A stretch of 64,000 bases of DNA from Vicugna vicugna (GCA_013265495.1 MU058337.1:5872716-5936715); one strand, 5' to 3'. Shown: positions 12,655 to 27,000, numbered from the stretch's first letter. Made by a program: numbers and translations. The notes: generated by a model not told the origin, from the letters alone.

Positions 12655-12855
12655 TTATAGTGGTTGCCTGGGGCTGGCGGTGACAGCAGGGATTGTCTGC
12701 AAACAGGAAGAAAGGAACTTTGGGGGTGATGGAAATGTTCAAAAACTAGACTGTGGTGATGGTTGCACAACTCTATAAATTTGCCAAAAATCATTAACTT
12801 GTAATTTACCGGGGTAAATGTTATTGATTGTAAAGTAGACTTCAATAAAACTTTA
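12655..12855 (+). mobile_element. L1MB/ME 3' terminal fragment
   Basis: gtggttgcctggggctgg...ggtgatggttgcacaactctataaatttgccaaaaatcatt...caataaaa. Confidence 0.85.
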
Positions 12856-13914
12856 GAATGTTTAGACGGGTGCCTCATTCACAGTATCAGATGATGGTTC
12901 TTATCATTTAAGCCATTCAAACAGACTTATCAAATGTACATGTTTTAAAAGGAACTAATCCTCTTTCAAAGTGTGAGGGTCTTATTCTGCTTTAATGTCA
13001 TGAATGGAATCTGTGCTATTGCCTGTTACTGATTCAAAAAATAAATTAGGCCTATGGCAATTATTCTTAATATGAAGACTGAACAGATGGAAAAAATGAC
13101 AATAATGCCACAGTAATATGTCAGTGGCAAACTGATACATAACCAATTCCATTATATAACTCCATGGATATCTCTTTCCTTTAAAAAAAAAAGATGGGGG
13201 TATACATCTGCTCTGATTCATAATTGCCATCTCTATTTCAATAAGCAATGCCTTACCATAAGCTGTGTGGACTATGACACAGGCAGGAGAAGCAATGGAG
13301 ATCAAATCCAGAAAGATATGGAGGTGGCTTTGGGTGGAACCTTAGAAAACAACCACATTTTAGTGTCAGAACTATATATAAGTGGGCATTTAATAATATT
13401 TATTGATTTAGTTAACAATGTTAAATTTTTCCTGAATCCTGTGTTCCTGGAAAGCAGAAGGAGTTACAAAATGCTCCACTCTTCTGTGTCTGGTAATTGG
13501 CTAAAGGCCCACGCGAGTCAGGCAAAACTCACTGTCCGCTCTTCCCCATGACCCCATGAGACTCGCCATGACCCTTGTGTACCAGCCTCCATACCATGCA
13601 AACCTTTCCTTTTCTTTGAGATGTTCCTCATTAATAACTATCTCCCTCTTGCTTTGCCTGAGTAAAACTATCTTCTTGATTGTCCAGTGCTTTCTGTTTT
13701 GACACAATAAATGTCAAATGGCTTTCTATCCATTCTTGGTTGACAGTGTTATTTGACACCTGACATTTTACAAAATTTGAGAATATCTACACATATGCAC
13801 ACACATACATATACCTACATTAGCTTTTTAATTGTCTGCATTAGTGCTGGAGTACAAAAAAGAGAGGGTGAAATTAATCTGCACATACGCATACCTACAA
13901 CTAATCATCTAGGG

Positions 13915-14111
13915 CAGAGACGGCCACACTTTTTCTACAGAGCCAGACAGATAGCAAAGATTTTAGGCTTTGTATGTCATACTCTGGCATAACTACTCAC
14001 CTCTGCCACAGTGTGAAAGCAGCCACAGAGAATACATAAATGAACAGCTATGACTATGTTCCAATAAAACTTCATTTGCAAAAGCAAGTGGTGCACTGCA
14101 GTTTGCCCCTG
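13915..14111. mobile_element. MER58A-like hAT MITE with a perfect 8-bp target-site duplication
   Basis: ATCTAGGG at 13907-13914 and 14112-14119; internal ttttaggctttg...tgttccaataaaacttcatttgcaaaa. Confidence 0.9.
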
Positions 14112-14119
14112 ATCTAGGG

Positions 14120-14350
14120 CAGTGCCTCCCGAAGGTATTCCAAGGAACACTACCCCTAGGGCTTCTTAATAGGTAATGTGAAAAAAATAAAAGATGGGGG
14201 ACAAGGAAGTCACCCACAGTAAAGCAGATTTGGGGAACTAATTTGGGTAACAGGTTTCTTTACCACAGCACTTCTCCACAACTTAAAAATGCTAATGTGC
14301 ACCATGAATCTCCAAGAGGTATCCCTTGCAAAATTTTTCAATACCTGAAG
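14120..14350. mobile_element. Charlie4-like hAT fragment
   Basis: aacaggtttctttaccacagcacttctc...atgctaatgtgcaccatgaatctccaagag. Confidence 0.65.
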
Positions 14351-14714
14351 TCAGAGAGTTATTGTTTCTTAGAAGTATTTTTTAATCTACAGAATTACTA
14401 ATAAGCCAATATATGTATGTGTTTTAAACACTAACCATATTTTAAAAGTACCTACATATTTGAAACATTTGGGTGGGGTCACCTTTCTGCAATGTATTGT
14501 ATAATTCCCACTTACAGAAGTAGAAGACAAGAGCATAGTTTACTCTAATTGAGACAAGTTCCTATAAATCCTGCTACTGTGCTTCCTGGAAGATCACAGT
14601 TTTATGGGGGGACTCGGGGGGGGGTCTCTTTTACCAAGTCCATCGGAGTTCCAGGTATTATTTCTGTTCTCAGTTCTCTAGGAATTGAAGGAAGCAGGAT
14701 GGCCTAATTTCAAC

Positions 14715-14960
14715 AGTCCCAAGGCAGCATCTCCTATGTTCACTACAAAATGAGTTTTAGGAAAGGCTAATACACACACAGAGAATAAAAGGATTCAGTG
14801 GTCAAAGTAAGCTGAGAAATACCACATTCTATATTCCCTCTTGGAGATTCAAAATGAGTTATCAGTTTAGTAAAGATTGAGAAGTCTTAAAGCTGTTTAA
14901 TGTAACCTGGCATTTCCCAAATCTATCTGAAATAGAATGTCTCCTTTGAAGTGCTACTAC
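14715..14960. mobile_element. Charlie4-like hAT fragment in the opposite orientation
   Basis: cctcttggagattca (14837-14851) is the reverse complement of 14305-14319; flanking similarity continues loosely. Confidence 0.6.
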
Positions 14961-17900
14961 TGTTCACACTGCGTGGCAAGAACAAAAGGCCCAGTCCATA
15001 AACCCTTCCCGCTATCGGGAGAGCAATGGGGTGGGGGCGGTTTCTCCCTCCACTCACCCCCTTCCCTCCTCTTCACTCCCCAGCCCCTCTGCTTAGACTG
15101 CTAGATCTGACAGCAGCGCATCCTCTTCAGTTTTGCACTGACTGAGAGAAAGAGACAGTGAGCGAGAGGAAGGAACAGGAATGAGAGGAGGAGTAAGCCA
15201 GTGTGAAAGTTTCTCAAGTCTGTGTTTCTTAGAATGGCCCTAGGTCCTATCACCGCATTAAACAGCAATAAAAAATAAACAAAACCAAACCATACGTAAC
15301 AAGAGTAACAGTAGTGACTTTACAGAGGTAGTCACCAGAATCACTGGGGGAGCCTCTTTGAAATGGATGCAGCTGGGCTCCACCCAGACCCAGTATACTC
15401 CTGGGTAAAAATTTATAGTGAAAAACAAAACAACAACAGTTGTTTTCTGAGTTCTATCAGTTCATTTTGAGTTCCATCTGCCTACTTGATATCTGGTAAT
15501 ATCTGGACGAAACTGAGTGGGCTCTCAAATTCTACATATGCCAAATGTATCTACAGGGGAAAAAAAGAAAAATTCAAACATCTCCAATGATCTCTGTAAC
15601 CTCAGGCTTTTATCTCAAGGATACCGAACACAGTGTTTAGATGCTTCGAAGGGGGGTGCAGGAGCGATCCTAATACATCAAAAACTGGAGGTGCATTTTG
15701 ATGAGTTTTTCTAGTCTTTCCTTAGTAAATGTAGTTTTCTATTTTTGGAGGACATGAGCACGAGCACACTGCTTATAGCGTCTGCGCACTTTCCGTAAGC
15801 TGGGTCCAAGTGTCAAGGGTTTCAGGACAGCCTCAATCAGTTCCTGCAGCCCACCGCGTATTTGCTGTTGACTTAAAATAGGGTCATAGTTCTTACAGCT
15901 TCAGCATTAGGATCATAAACACAAATGACCACCTGAGACCACAGAGGGCCGGATATGAGCTACTTATAGTAAAACTGAACCAGAAACAAGAATAGCAGGA
16001 AAGCTGCCTATTTTCTTGTAGTGAAGTCCTTTGAAGTAAACTATTTATTACACATTATATTACAGTGTTCAAGACAAAAATCTTTGCAGGCAGGTCACCC
16101 TACTCGGCACAGCGGCCCACCGCTAACGAACTGCTTCCTTCTCCTTTGGGTTTTGTTTATCCATTTGTGAAACTGAAACCTGGACTGTTTTCTCCCATCT
16201 ATGAAACTAGCTGGCACCAAGCACCGCTTCTGGCAATAATGTCGATCAATAGGGCATTAAAAACATACATCAACCCGTCACCTTCTCACCATCACAACAG
16301 AAGAAGCTGTGCTCATCAAGAAGCTAACATATAAATCAAGTTCAGCAACTTCCCTAACATAGAAAACTAGGTTACCAGGAAGGATGAAGTAAAAAGACTG
16401 AAAATGGCAAGAGTTCAAACAATAGGATTTCCTTTTTTATTTAAAAGCAGAACTTACCTACTGCATTCTCTATCTCGTAACTATCAAAGAACATGCCTTT
16501 TTCAGCTAACATTTTTCTACTCCTCAATAAAGCCCCCTAGATACACCAAGAGCAGCTTCATCTTAAAGAAATATTAAAGAGAAGAGAAAACGGAATATAA
16601 TTTATTTTCCCAAACTGATCATTAACTTAAGAGTCTTTGCCTGGAGAAGGGGAAGCAGGAAGTGAAACTCCCGTGGGCCAGCACCTGAGCTAATACATCC
16701 CGATGCAATGGCCAAGCCCTGGCCATTCACGAAGGAGCAGCGTCTCCAGCTCAGCATGTGCGGAGGAGAAAGGACAGCAGCATTTCTGGACATGTGACTG
16801 GATCTCTCTCTCCGTGGCTGGGAACGACGGGAAGCTTTTTAAAATCTAGAAATACATCAAAGGGCTGATGCAGATTAAACTCTGCTCCTTTTTTTCCTAA
16901 AAGGTTCACTTTTATTCCTAATATAAAGACTTAGATGGTATTTCTTTAGATCATAAAGCAAGTTGTACTTTTAATGATGGATTAAAAATTATAAAAGTAA
17001 AAGATGGCTTGTTCTCAGTGCTCTTTTTTTTTTTTTAAGTGATGAATGCAGGAAAAGACCAGTGTGGGCCAAATTTATCTCTTGCTGATCTTCAGGGATG
17101 TTGAGTAAGCCAAGTATGATGTTAGTACAAAGTCAAATTTGGATAATTTAGTCACTTTTGGTTAATTCTGTTATTAGACACAGATAATAAACAGAAAATA
17201 GCACCTATGACATACAGGTTTTAAAATAGTATGAATCTTCACTCTAAACTAGTGTAAACTGAAATACACTTGTGCTCACACTGGTCTTTTGAAATAGAAA
17301 AGCTTGTTATATCAACTATCACTAAATGGATTAACACTTTCACAAAGGACAGAGTCCACTGGGCTCCCTAAACAGCCGGGCATCCTACAATCTTCCCTAG
17401 ACCTCCCGCATTCCCAGCGCCATCCTCCAGCCAGAGAGGCAGTGCTCTTCCCTTCTTCCGGGTCACCCTGGGTGCTTCACGTGGGCTCTCGGCCTGTCCT
17501 CCCCCTCGATGGAACCCCCTGCTGCATCAACTCTACTCTTTCTTCCTCTCCCCTGGCTCCTTCTCTTCAGCTTCAGCCTAAGAACGAGCTTGAGTCATCC
17601 CCAATAAGAAAATGAATCCTCCCTCAACTCCGCATCCCTTCTAGGGCCCCCACTTCTGTGCCCACCCTCGTCTCCACCACCACCCTCCACTGTCCACAGT
17701 CACCCCGTGTCTGCAAGGCACTGTCACCCTGACCACTCTACCCAGCTGACAACCTAGTGGAGGCAGCCACACACTAGATATTTCAGGGAAAAAGACCATG
17801 TTATAGAAATGTTCATATTCATAAATATTCATAAATGTTCATAGAATGAAGAAACAGAGAACAAGTCATGCTGAGTGAGTACAGATTCTAGATCTAAATT

Positions 17901-18004
17901 AGTGGCCCTTAGGAAACAGCTATGGCAACTAGAAAGTTCCCAGGGTTGTGTCTCATAAGGGTGAATAAAGCTTTACTCCTGGATATAATATTTCTGTAAC
18001 ACTA

Positions 18005-18215
18005 GTTAAATTTACTGAGTGATTACTTTGCACCAGGAACTGTACCAAGTGTCGTGCACGCATTCTCTCATTTCATTCTCTTACCAGCCAGTGAGGTAGA
18101 TGGTGTTATTACTATTTTACTGACCAGGAAACTGGGCTTAGAGAGAGTAAATAAAACTAAGATCAAATAGTCAATAAATTAGTGTCTGTCTGACTTTAAA
18201 CAGCAGATGTCCTCA
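18005..18215. mobile_element. MIR SINE
   Basis: tttactgagtgattactttgcaccagg...gtgaggtagatgg...gaaactgggcttagagagagtaa. Confidence 0.75.
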
Positions 18216-19579
18216 ATCACTACCCTGAGAATTACATTAAAAAAAAACCAGACTTTATTTTTTAGAACACTTTTTTAGGTTTAAGCAAAATTAAGCAGAA
18301 GGTAACAGGGATTTCCTATATACTCCCTCCTCCTGCACATATAATCTCCCCCATTATCAACATGCAGATTACTTTTTGTGTATAGACAGTAGGGATGTAC
18401 ATAACTGAAGTAATAATTACAGAATCCACTATGAAATTCAAGAAACGAAGCAAGAGCTCTACCTTTGTGGAAAGAGACTTAACACCATGAAATGAAATGG
18501 CTCTTAACTTTAAAAAGGGACAATAAAGTGACAAACATTAGAATCCAAAGGTCTCATCCTCCTCCTTATTCAACTTCCCTGCCCCACCCAACAGGGTCCT
18601 CTGACAACTGGCCCCCATGTCCTAGGGCTTTGCTATGAGGAGCTACCAGAGGTGATTTTTGTGGACATAGCAGTATTTCCTTACTATACTGTATATACCA
18701 GCTGGTTGCCATTGAATATACTCATTTGTGACTCACACTTCTGTTCTATTGAAATTGGTCCATTCCCCCAGCACCTAGAACATTGTTTGGCACGTAATAT
18801 ACATCCAACAGATACTTGTTGAGTGAGTGAATGAATGAACGAATGAATGAGGAAATGGATTACAAATTTCCATGGCTATGCAAAGTAACAGTGGAACATA
18901 GACAAGGACGCTTTCCTCCGAGCTTCTGCTCATTTTGAACTAGTGACCTGGAAAGATGCTTAATATGTTTTCCCTTCTACACAATATTAGGGCTAATTAA
19001 ATACAGTGTCAGTTATTACAGTCCTTACAAACACATGTAGGTGGTCTACAGAACAGGATTAATACCTAAATGACTACAGAATTAAAGCACTGGTATTTAA
19101 AGCTTTGACAAATATTTCACTATCTGAGTTTCCAAAGCAAAACATCAGTTCACAGGCACAAGAGGGGACTATCCAGGAATGTGCAAAAAATATTAGCTGG
19201 TTTAAATCTCAAAATGTTACAAGATGCCTATTAAAAAATTATTCAAACAGCATTAATGTTCTCTTCTATGCTGATTATTCTGTTTTCCTCTCTGTATGTA
19301 ATGACCTTCCTGCACAGTATGTGCTACCATTAAAAAAAAAAAAGCCTAGAGAAATAAAAGTACCGCTTGCGTAAAATAAAAAACATTTTATTTGAGGAAG
19401 GAAGAGATAACAATGTCACAGAAAATATATAATAATTAAAATGTATATGCTTTGTTGTTTTGGTAGGGTTAAGTTTGTTTTAATAAACAAAACAACTAAT
19501 ACATAGTTTTGGCTACTTTTACATTTATTATGAGTTCTAGGGAAAAGAAGAAATCCCACATGGAAAATATTTAAAAATG

Positions 19580-20445
19580 ATTCCTGTCCTCACACCTACC
19601 AGGTGGCTAGAATCAAGAAGACATCAGATTAAAACAATTTTTTTTAATTTAAAAAATTTTTTTTAGTTTTTAAAAATGAAAAGACAGACATTAATTAGAC
19701 TCATTGTGGTGATCATCTAACAAGACACAAACACTGAATCATTACAGTGTGCATCTGAAATTAGTATCATGTTATATGTCAGTTATACCTTAAAAAAAAA
19801 TAAGGATGTGGAGAAATTAAATCACCCATTTATTGCTGAGAGGAATGTAAAATGATGTGGCTGCTTTGGAAAAGTCTGGCAGTTCCTCACAAAGCTAAAC
19901 AGAGAATTGCTATGTGACCCAGGAACCCCACTCACAGGTATATACTCAAGAGAAATGAAAATACATGTCCACACAAAAACGTATATAAAGGAATGCTCAT
20001 AGCAGCATTATTTATAATACTCTAAAGACAGAAACAACTCAGATGTCCACACTGAAGGACAAACTGTGGTATGTCCATAAAATGGAAAATTATTTGGCAA
20101 AAAAAAAAAGAAGTACTGACTCTACAACACGGATGAACCTTTGAAAACATTCTAAGTAAAAGAAGCCAGTCACAAAAGACCACACATCTATGGTTTTGTT
20201 TATGTGAAATGTCCAGAAGAGGCACATATACAGGGACAGAGAGCTGCCAGGGGCTGGCAGGGTTGAAGGAAAATGGGGAGTGACTACTCATGGGTTTGGG
20301 GCTTCTCTCTGGGATGATACAAATGCTCTAAAACTGACTGTGCCCAGCTCTGTGAATAGATTAAAAAATGCTTAATTGTACTCTTGGAACAATGGGTGAA
20401 TTGTGCAGAATGGGAATTATATCTCAATAAAACTTTTAAAAAAGA
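19580..20445 (+). mobile_element. L1MB-like ORF2 end/3'UTR with a nested short L1MA-like 3' end (about 19690-19800)
   Basis: aggatgtggagaaatt...atacatgtccacacaaaaac...atctcaataaaac. The nested piece ends tcatgttatatgtcagttatacctt plus an A run. Confidence 0.88.
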
Positions 20446-21989
20446 CTTCAGAGGCAGCCATTTGAAAATTCTCTATAAATCAAACACCTGTATTCTGACC
20501 AGAAGCAAAAGGTAAAAATGCACACACACTAGAGAAAACAGTAAACATGCAAAATATCTACAAAAACCACCAGAAAAATAGCAATGCTGCAAAAAGTGTA
20601 AGGAAACTGCTTCTAAGTGCTAACACTTGGAATTAAGTAGTAAGCAGGATGTTGACTATTCCAGTCAAAAATAACTACTTTTTACATATATAAAAGAAAA
20701 ATGGGAGTCTTTAACTTGGAAATTCCACTTAAGAGGCAAATTAACTTACTTGCATTTGAAGCTGAAGAACAAAAGAAGTTTAATTTCTAACATTTTTGAC
20801 TGATTTTAGAGAGATATTTATTAAATATTTACTAAAATGCTTTTGCTTGAAACACTATTGGCTCCAGAAAGAAAACAAATATGAGCAATTCGATTCTATA
20901 CCTTCTGTTCAATAAAACTCGCTTCTCCACAGCAGGTGGCAGACAGAACTCCACCCGGGGGGTTAATCAAAATTCCCTTAGAATAATTGAAAAGCATCTG
21001 CATTTTTTCCCTAGAAACCACAAAAAAGTCACAGTGAGCAGGACATATAATCCTGATTATTAGCCCTGAGCCTGTAGCAGCAAAATGTGCTGTCCCCTGA
21101 AATTAAGTGACAGGAGCATTGTGTGATGAGCCACTGACGTCTGCCCAAATGAGACTCAAGGAAATTAAAAAAAAAAACAAAAGACAATGGTAATAAGTTG
21201 CATGTATGATGTTTTGCTACTGTTGCAAAGCACACTGTGCACATGGTGACAAATGTAATCATTCTCAGAGCAGGATGGTGCCAGGAAAGACCTTGGAGGT
21301 CACTGACCTCGACCTTTCATTTTACAACAAAGAAAACTGAGGTTTAGGAAGGTCATACAACCACTTTAAAGCATTACTGGGGCTAGAAATGAGGACTTTC
21401 AGGGCAACTCCCATACATTTTTTTTTTTCCCTGTCTGAGTATATTTACTATGGAGGGTGTTGCCTAAGAAATAGAAGATTCTTAGGAAATTCTGAAAGCC
21501 ATCTTTGTAAAACTCCACACAAAAGTGCTATGCTAATCACCTAGGAAAGTATAAGACCAGAGAGATTGGGGACACTCAAAATTTCAACCCAAGGGATCTG
21601 CATGTCAGCCTAAGGGAAGCAGAACTACAGTTCTATGTAGCATGGGTCTGTGATGAGAGTTTGGGTAGCTGCAGCCTGCTTGACTGCATGAGTCCTTTCT
21701 GCAGGAAGATGGTAGTACAGGAAAGGGAAAAGGCAAGGAGGTGGACCCCGAAGGGTGGTCTTGCTGAAGGTTACTAGAGATGTGCCAGGTTTCCATACAG
21801 CACAGGTGCACTAGCCTCCCTCTGCCCTCGTTATCACAAAACCCAGACGAGCTCTGAAATTACGCTAACTAGCTTCCTAATTACTCCTGTACTGCCATTC
21901 GGTTAGTGTTCTAGAGGGCAGACCTAAAGATACGGCCACTGGGAGAAATCTTCCTCACCTCAAATTAATATACACACATTCTGATTTAG

Positions 21990-22550
21990 ACATCAGTCTT
22001 TGTGAGTTTGGTTACTGGACACCAGTTCCCTTGGACCTGACTGTTTCCAGGTTCCCTGTGTATTAATCATAGTTTTTGAAATTTTCTATATCTTGTAGTG
22101 TTTTTATGTTAGGGGCCTGAGAGACCTAAGGGAAACTGCCCCCCGCCCCAGGACTTGGGAGCACGCCTCTCACAGGCAACTAGGCATCAAACTCACACAC
22201 CAAGTCATCGTCTCCCTGCCCTCAGTCGTCTCAGGGCCAGACACCAGCAACTAGAGACCATCCCTAGAGCCCAACCCACCAACACCGTTCTGACCAGCCA
22301 GTCCTAAACTGCTGACCCTGCCCGACTTGGCCTTTCCGCAGGAACCCAATAAAGGCTCCTGCCCATGCTTTCCCCTCACTCCTTTTGGCCTCCCAACCAA
22401 GCCTGGTGCTTTCTCAGTGGCCCTGTGTGGCACGGGGTGTCCCCTTCTCTTGGGAAACATAGGTAATATATTCTTTCAGTAGCATTAGCCTCCCTCTGTG
22501 CTGGCACTAAGTCACCTCCATAAATTAAAATCACGCAGGGACATTTTGGA
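21990..22550 (+). mobile_element. MER73/MER74/MER54-like ERVL LTR
   Basis: cctaaactgctgaccctgccc...caataaaggctc...gtggccctgtgtggcacggggtgtccc...gtcacctccataaattaaaatc. Confidence 0.7.
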
Positions 22551-23366
22551 ACCCCTTGCCAAAGGAAGTCCACACAGGAGGGAGCACTGAGGGCCAGGAC
22601 CCAGACTGCACGGTGAGAGGGACACTGAGCTGAGAGGGACACTGAGGGGAGAGGGGGCCACTGAGACGTGAGGCCACAAAGCTCCTGCTGGGGCACACAC
22701 AGCTCTCACCTCCTCACAAGCTCGCCTTCCAACCCCGAGAGCTGCCATTTGGAAGATACACGCTTTGCTGAAAGCTCAGACATGCTGGCTGCACACATGG
22801 AGCACACAGCATGTATTTATGTAGGTTTATTTTCAACAAATTGATGAATTCATACAACAATATCTAATTGATCTTTTAGTCTAAGTGGCTGTGGCATTAA
22901 TAGGAATGATCCAACAAGAAAACTCTACTGATGGGCAAGCTTGAACTGTAAAAAGTTTGTTCTTTTGGAAAAGAAATGTAGATACAATCAAGAATATAAA
23001 AAACCAGTATCAAAGTCCTTTGGATCATAACTGCAGACACTGTTCAGGAGAAAACATAATTTACAGGATTGATTGGTCAAAATTTTGTGAGAACAAAAAT
23101 GCACACATAGAAAGTCATCAATATGAGGACAAAATAGTAAAACAATACATATGACATGCATGTACCTGGGGCCCAGTTCTTCCTCTAATACAATCAAGAT
23201 GCCCGCAGTTCTCTCAGTTTACAAGTTAAGGTCACGTAAGATAAACCAGAATGAACGGCATAGACTGCTTACCCAGGGACACATGAGAGTAAGTCTGCAG
23301 AGTGTCAGAGAGCTTTGTGAAGGGTTGGGGAGATGTTCACATGCCTTTGCATAATTATCATCTAGA

Positions 23367-23603
23367 CAAGGATTCACAAATTCGGCACTACTGACATTTT
23401 AAGTCAGATAATTCTTCTGTAAGGGGCTCTCTTGTTTACTGTAGGATGTTCAGGAACCTCCTTGGTTGGTGATACATGCAATAAATTTAAGGAAATTTAC
23501 CCATTAGATTCCACTAGCAGCCCACCACTTGCAACAACCAAAATGTCTCCAGAATTGCCGAAGGTCCCCCAGGGAGCAGAATCACCTGGGTTGAGAATCA
23601 CTG
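23367..23603. mobile_element. MER20 hAT MITE
   Basis: ggcactactgacatttt...caaccaaaatgtctccaga...ggttgagaatcactg. Confidence 0.85.
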
Positions 23604-25959
23604 GTTTAGACCTGCATTTCTGCAAAACATTGCCAGGTACCTATATTTCAGAAACTACCTTCATGATTCCTAAAATCCTCCAAGGGGGCTCAAAGTCTGG
23701 TTGAACAAAGTAGTGGAGGGTAGAGAAACAGAGGTTCAATACTTAGATAAGAATGATGAATCTTCCGCAATACACTAACGTGTAAGCTGCACCCTCACCA
23801 CCTTAAATATCAGCTGAGTTTTCTTACATTCTAATTAAGAGGAAAGGCTTTACATCAAATATATATCAAATTACAATTTTAATCTATTTTTAATATCTAC
23901 AATAATTACTTGGATAAATATTACTATTTCTAAAAAAGGACCCCCTTCCCCCCCCGTATGAAAGTAATTCACATGCGGAAGCAGAGGACGCAGACCTTCA
24001 GCACCCTAGCCCGTTAAGTGACCAGGCTCTAAGCTCTAACACAGAAGAGCAGGGTTAGTCCCCCCACCTCCTCACCACCAGGTGGTCAGGAGTAATACGG
24101 AAGCGCGAAGGGCCCCGAGAAGACCTAAATCTCAACCACGCAGGTGCTGGTGTGACGGAAGCCAAGGTTTGTGCTCAGATCCAGGGTTGAGTCCTGGGCT
24201 ACCCTAACTGTATGAGCCATTGAGACAAATCACTGATCTGTAAGTTTACAGCAGAGGCATTGCCTCAGTTGTAACGGGGTGGGGGGGGTCCACCAATAAT
24301 CTCAGTGCTTGCGGGGATTAAACGAGGCGACGAGCCTGAAGCGGGAGGCACACTTTGGGCGCTCAGGGCCACCCGTGTTTTAAAGGCTGCTTTATTGAGC
24401 AGCTGAAAAAGGAAAGAGGTGGTCCAAGCTCTAGGACACAGTGGACTCCAAGGGAGACTGTTAGAACTTAGGCACTAATTGTTTCCCTACACTTACGTTA
24501 GGCAGGGGTTCCATTTCAAACAAGGGCACTTGGCAGTTTCACGTGTCCCCTGATGCTTGGTAAGTACCTAGGTAATTAACACGGATGCCTTAGTAATTAC
24601 CTTAGCTGTCCCCTATGATCTTGAGAATTTATACCATACAAAACATGCTGGCTTGGGAAAGCTACCTCTCAGAATACATACCTGAGCTACTAATGACTAC
24701 TGGACTCTCCCAGAGCTTGCCAGGCATCCTGCCATGTACTTCCCACACACAGGGGGAAAGTGCCACAAAACACTCAAGAGCTGGGCAATTAGATGCTGGC
24801 TGGCAAAGAACAGAAAAGGATCTCTTCGCAGACGCCATTGTGAGGTGACGCATGTAACGTGCTCTACCTGCTGCGTCTCACCAGGACCACGACAGGACTT
24901 GCAAGGTGGGGGCCATTCAAGAGCAGTGACTTCCGAGACAGGGTAGGAACTACACAGTCTCACTGTGGACTCAGGGCGTGAGGGTCTCTGGTAAACAATA
25001 ACAGGATGGCTATTCCAGTGGTTAAAAGGACCCAAATGCAATTATACAGACTAGAGCTTGGCCTACCTCTCAGGAATGGCTGTCCACGGCTGGTTTATGA
25101 CCCGGGAAGACTAAGAAAGAGTAACCCTTACACACTCCCACACAGCCAGTAGCTAAGCATGTTCCTAAAGCAAGTCAAACACCAGGCTAGCTCATGCTGG
25201 TTGTCGTTTTCTCTGCACAAGTCATCAGAGCAGGTCAGGATGTATACGAGAACTTGCAAGCTTTAGGCCACTGAGAAATACTCTATTTGTTCTAAAGAGT
25301 TCATCTATAGAACATTATATTTGTTAGTGAAATGGGAAAGAAAACTCTGAAACCCCAACTATTAAATTTCGTCTAGGCCAGTGGTTCTCAAGGGGCGATT
25401 TTGCCCCCTCCCCACCATTAGGGCCATTTGGCAATGTCTGGAGACAATTTTGGTTAAGTGACTTGCTCAAGTTCACAAAGCTAGTAAGTGGGAGATAGGA
25501 GATTCTAACCCAAGAAATCAGGCTTTATTTAGTATACCTCTCCCTATTCCCCACCCCAGAATTCACTAACAACTTGGTAGTTTACAGAAACTTCTTGTGA
25601 ACATGTAACTGAGTAACTGGAAATATTTTAAACTGACAACATTTCAAAGAGTGTCGTGTGTGTTATTTTTACAACTAACCCTAAGGTGCTATATGGCTTG
25701 TCTATCTTAGAAACTGAATGGAATCAAGTAAGCATTCTGAAACCCTAAAGCATCACACAAATGTAAGGCATTATGTTATCCATTAACATTTATTTTATTT
25801 TGAGGATCTCTGGCAGATGGCAGCAGGATTTTGAGATACTTTGAAATAATTAGAGACACCCTAGGATACTGTGAAATCATGATTGAGGTTGCACAAAATT
25901 GTCTTCCAATAGCCACATGTAATAGAAATGATTTGGACAATAGATAATAATGTCATTTA

Positions 25960-27000
25960 AATGATTATATTAGAGATTCTAGAAGCCTCCCCTTTGGAGA
26001 TGGGCATTTCCCAGGGTCCTTTCTGGGCCTGTCCTCCCTCTCTGCACAGTCGCCTCGTGCATCTCACCTACTGCAGGCTTCACATACCACCTCTTCATAT
26101 TAACAAAGCACCAACTGACGCGCTCACCCTTCATCATTTTCCCGACCTTTCCTTTACATCACAGATGCCCCTCTGGCATTTCAAACTTAAAATGGTCAAA
26201 ACCCCAACTCATTATCCATCCCATCTTTCCTCTCATTTAATTCTTCTCTTCCTCCTGCTTGGCTCTCATAATCAATTATCACATCTAGAAACCTCAGAGT
26301 CACCTTCAATTCTGCCTAATACATAAAACTGGACTCTGGGTCCATGAGAGGAGGCTCTCAAATGTACCTCTTCTTTATTTGCCCACTCCCTCAAGCTCTC
26401 TTTAAAATCAAGACAAAACAACACACCTCAGGTGATATTGAGACTCTCTTCTTTCAAATCCTTCAAAATCTAGGGAATAGAGTCCACTCTCCTTAGCCTA
26501 GTCCTGCAACACCAAGCTCCTGACATTCTAGTTATCTCCCACACAGACCTCGCCACCTGCCTGCCACCCCCCCTAGTCAGCCTGCTCTTCCGCAAGCACA
26601 CAGACAACCTCAAGCCTCTGCACTTTTGTTTGTTTTATTCCCTTTGCTTTCTCCACCATCATCACAGAGTACAGTTTCTGAACAGGTTGTCTCAGAGCCT
26701 TTGCAGATGCTGTTCCCTTCTATCTGAAACGCCTTTCCCTGCTTACAAACTCTACTCATCCTTAAAGTCTAAGCGTGAGTCAAACGTATTCACTGGAGAG
26801 CTTTTCACAATCCCTCCATCTCCTTTTTCCAAGCCCCAGAGTATGTGTACTTCATACAAATCTCTATTATCACTCTTTTCACATTAATATTTCTATATCC
26901 TTAGATGACAGTAGGTCACTGCTGGCAGAGATGTCTTTTTCCTCTGAATTGGCAGAACTCAGTGTCTATCACATAATAGATGATCAATCAATGTGAGATG
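25960..27000. mobile_element. L2 LINE remnant
   Basis: ggcatttcaaacttaaaatggtcaaaac, tccactctccttagccta, cctttgcagatgctgttcccttc; pyrimidine-rich L2 3' pattern. Confidence 0.65.

Noticed and set aside
24568..24605. Short inverted repeat aggtaatta...taattacct (similar small stems near 1218-1238 and 11973-11988)
   Set aside because: Stems of 7-9 bp are expected by chance in 64 kb; there is no miRNA- or snoRNA-like context.
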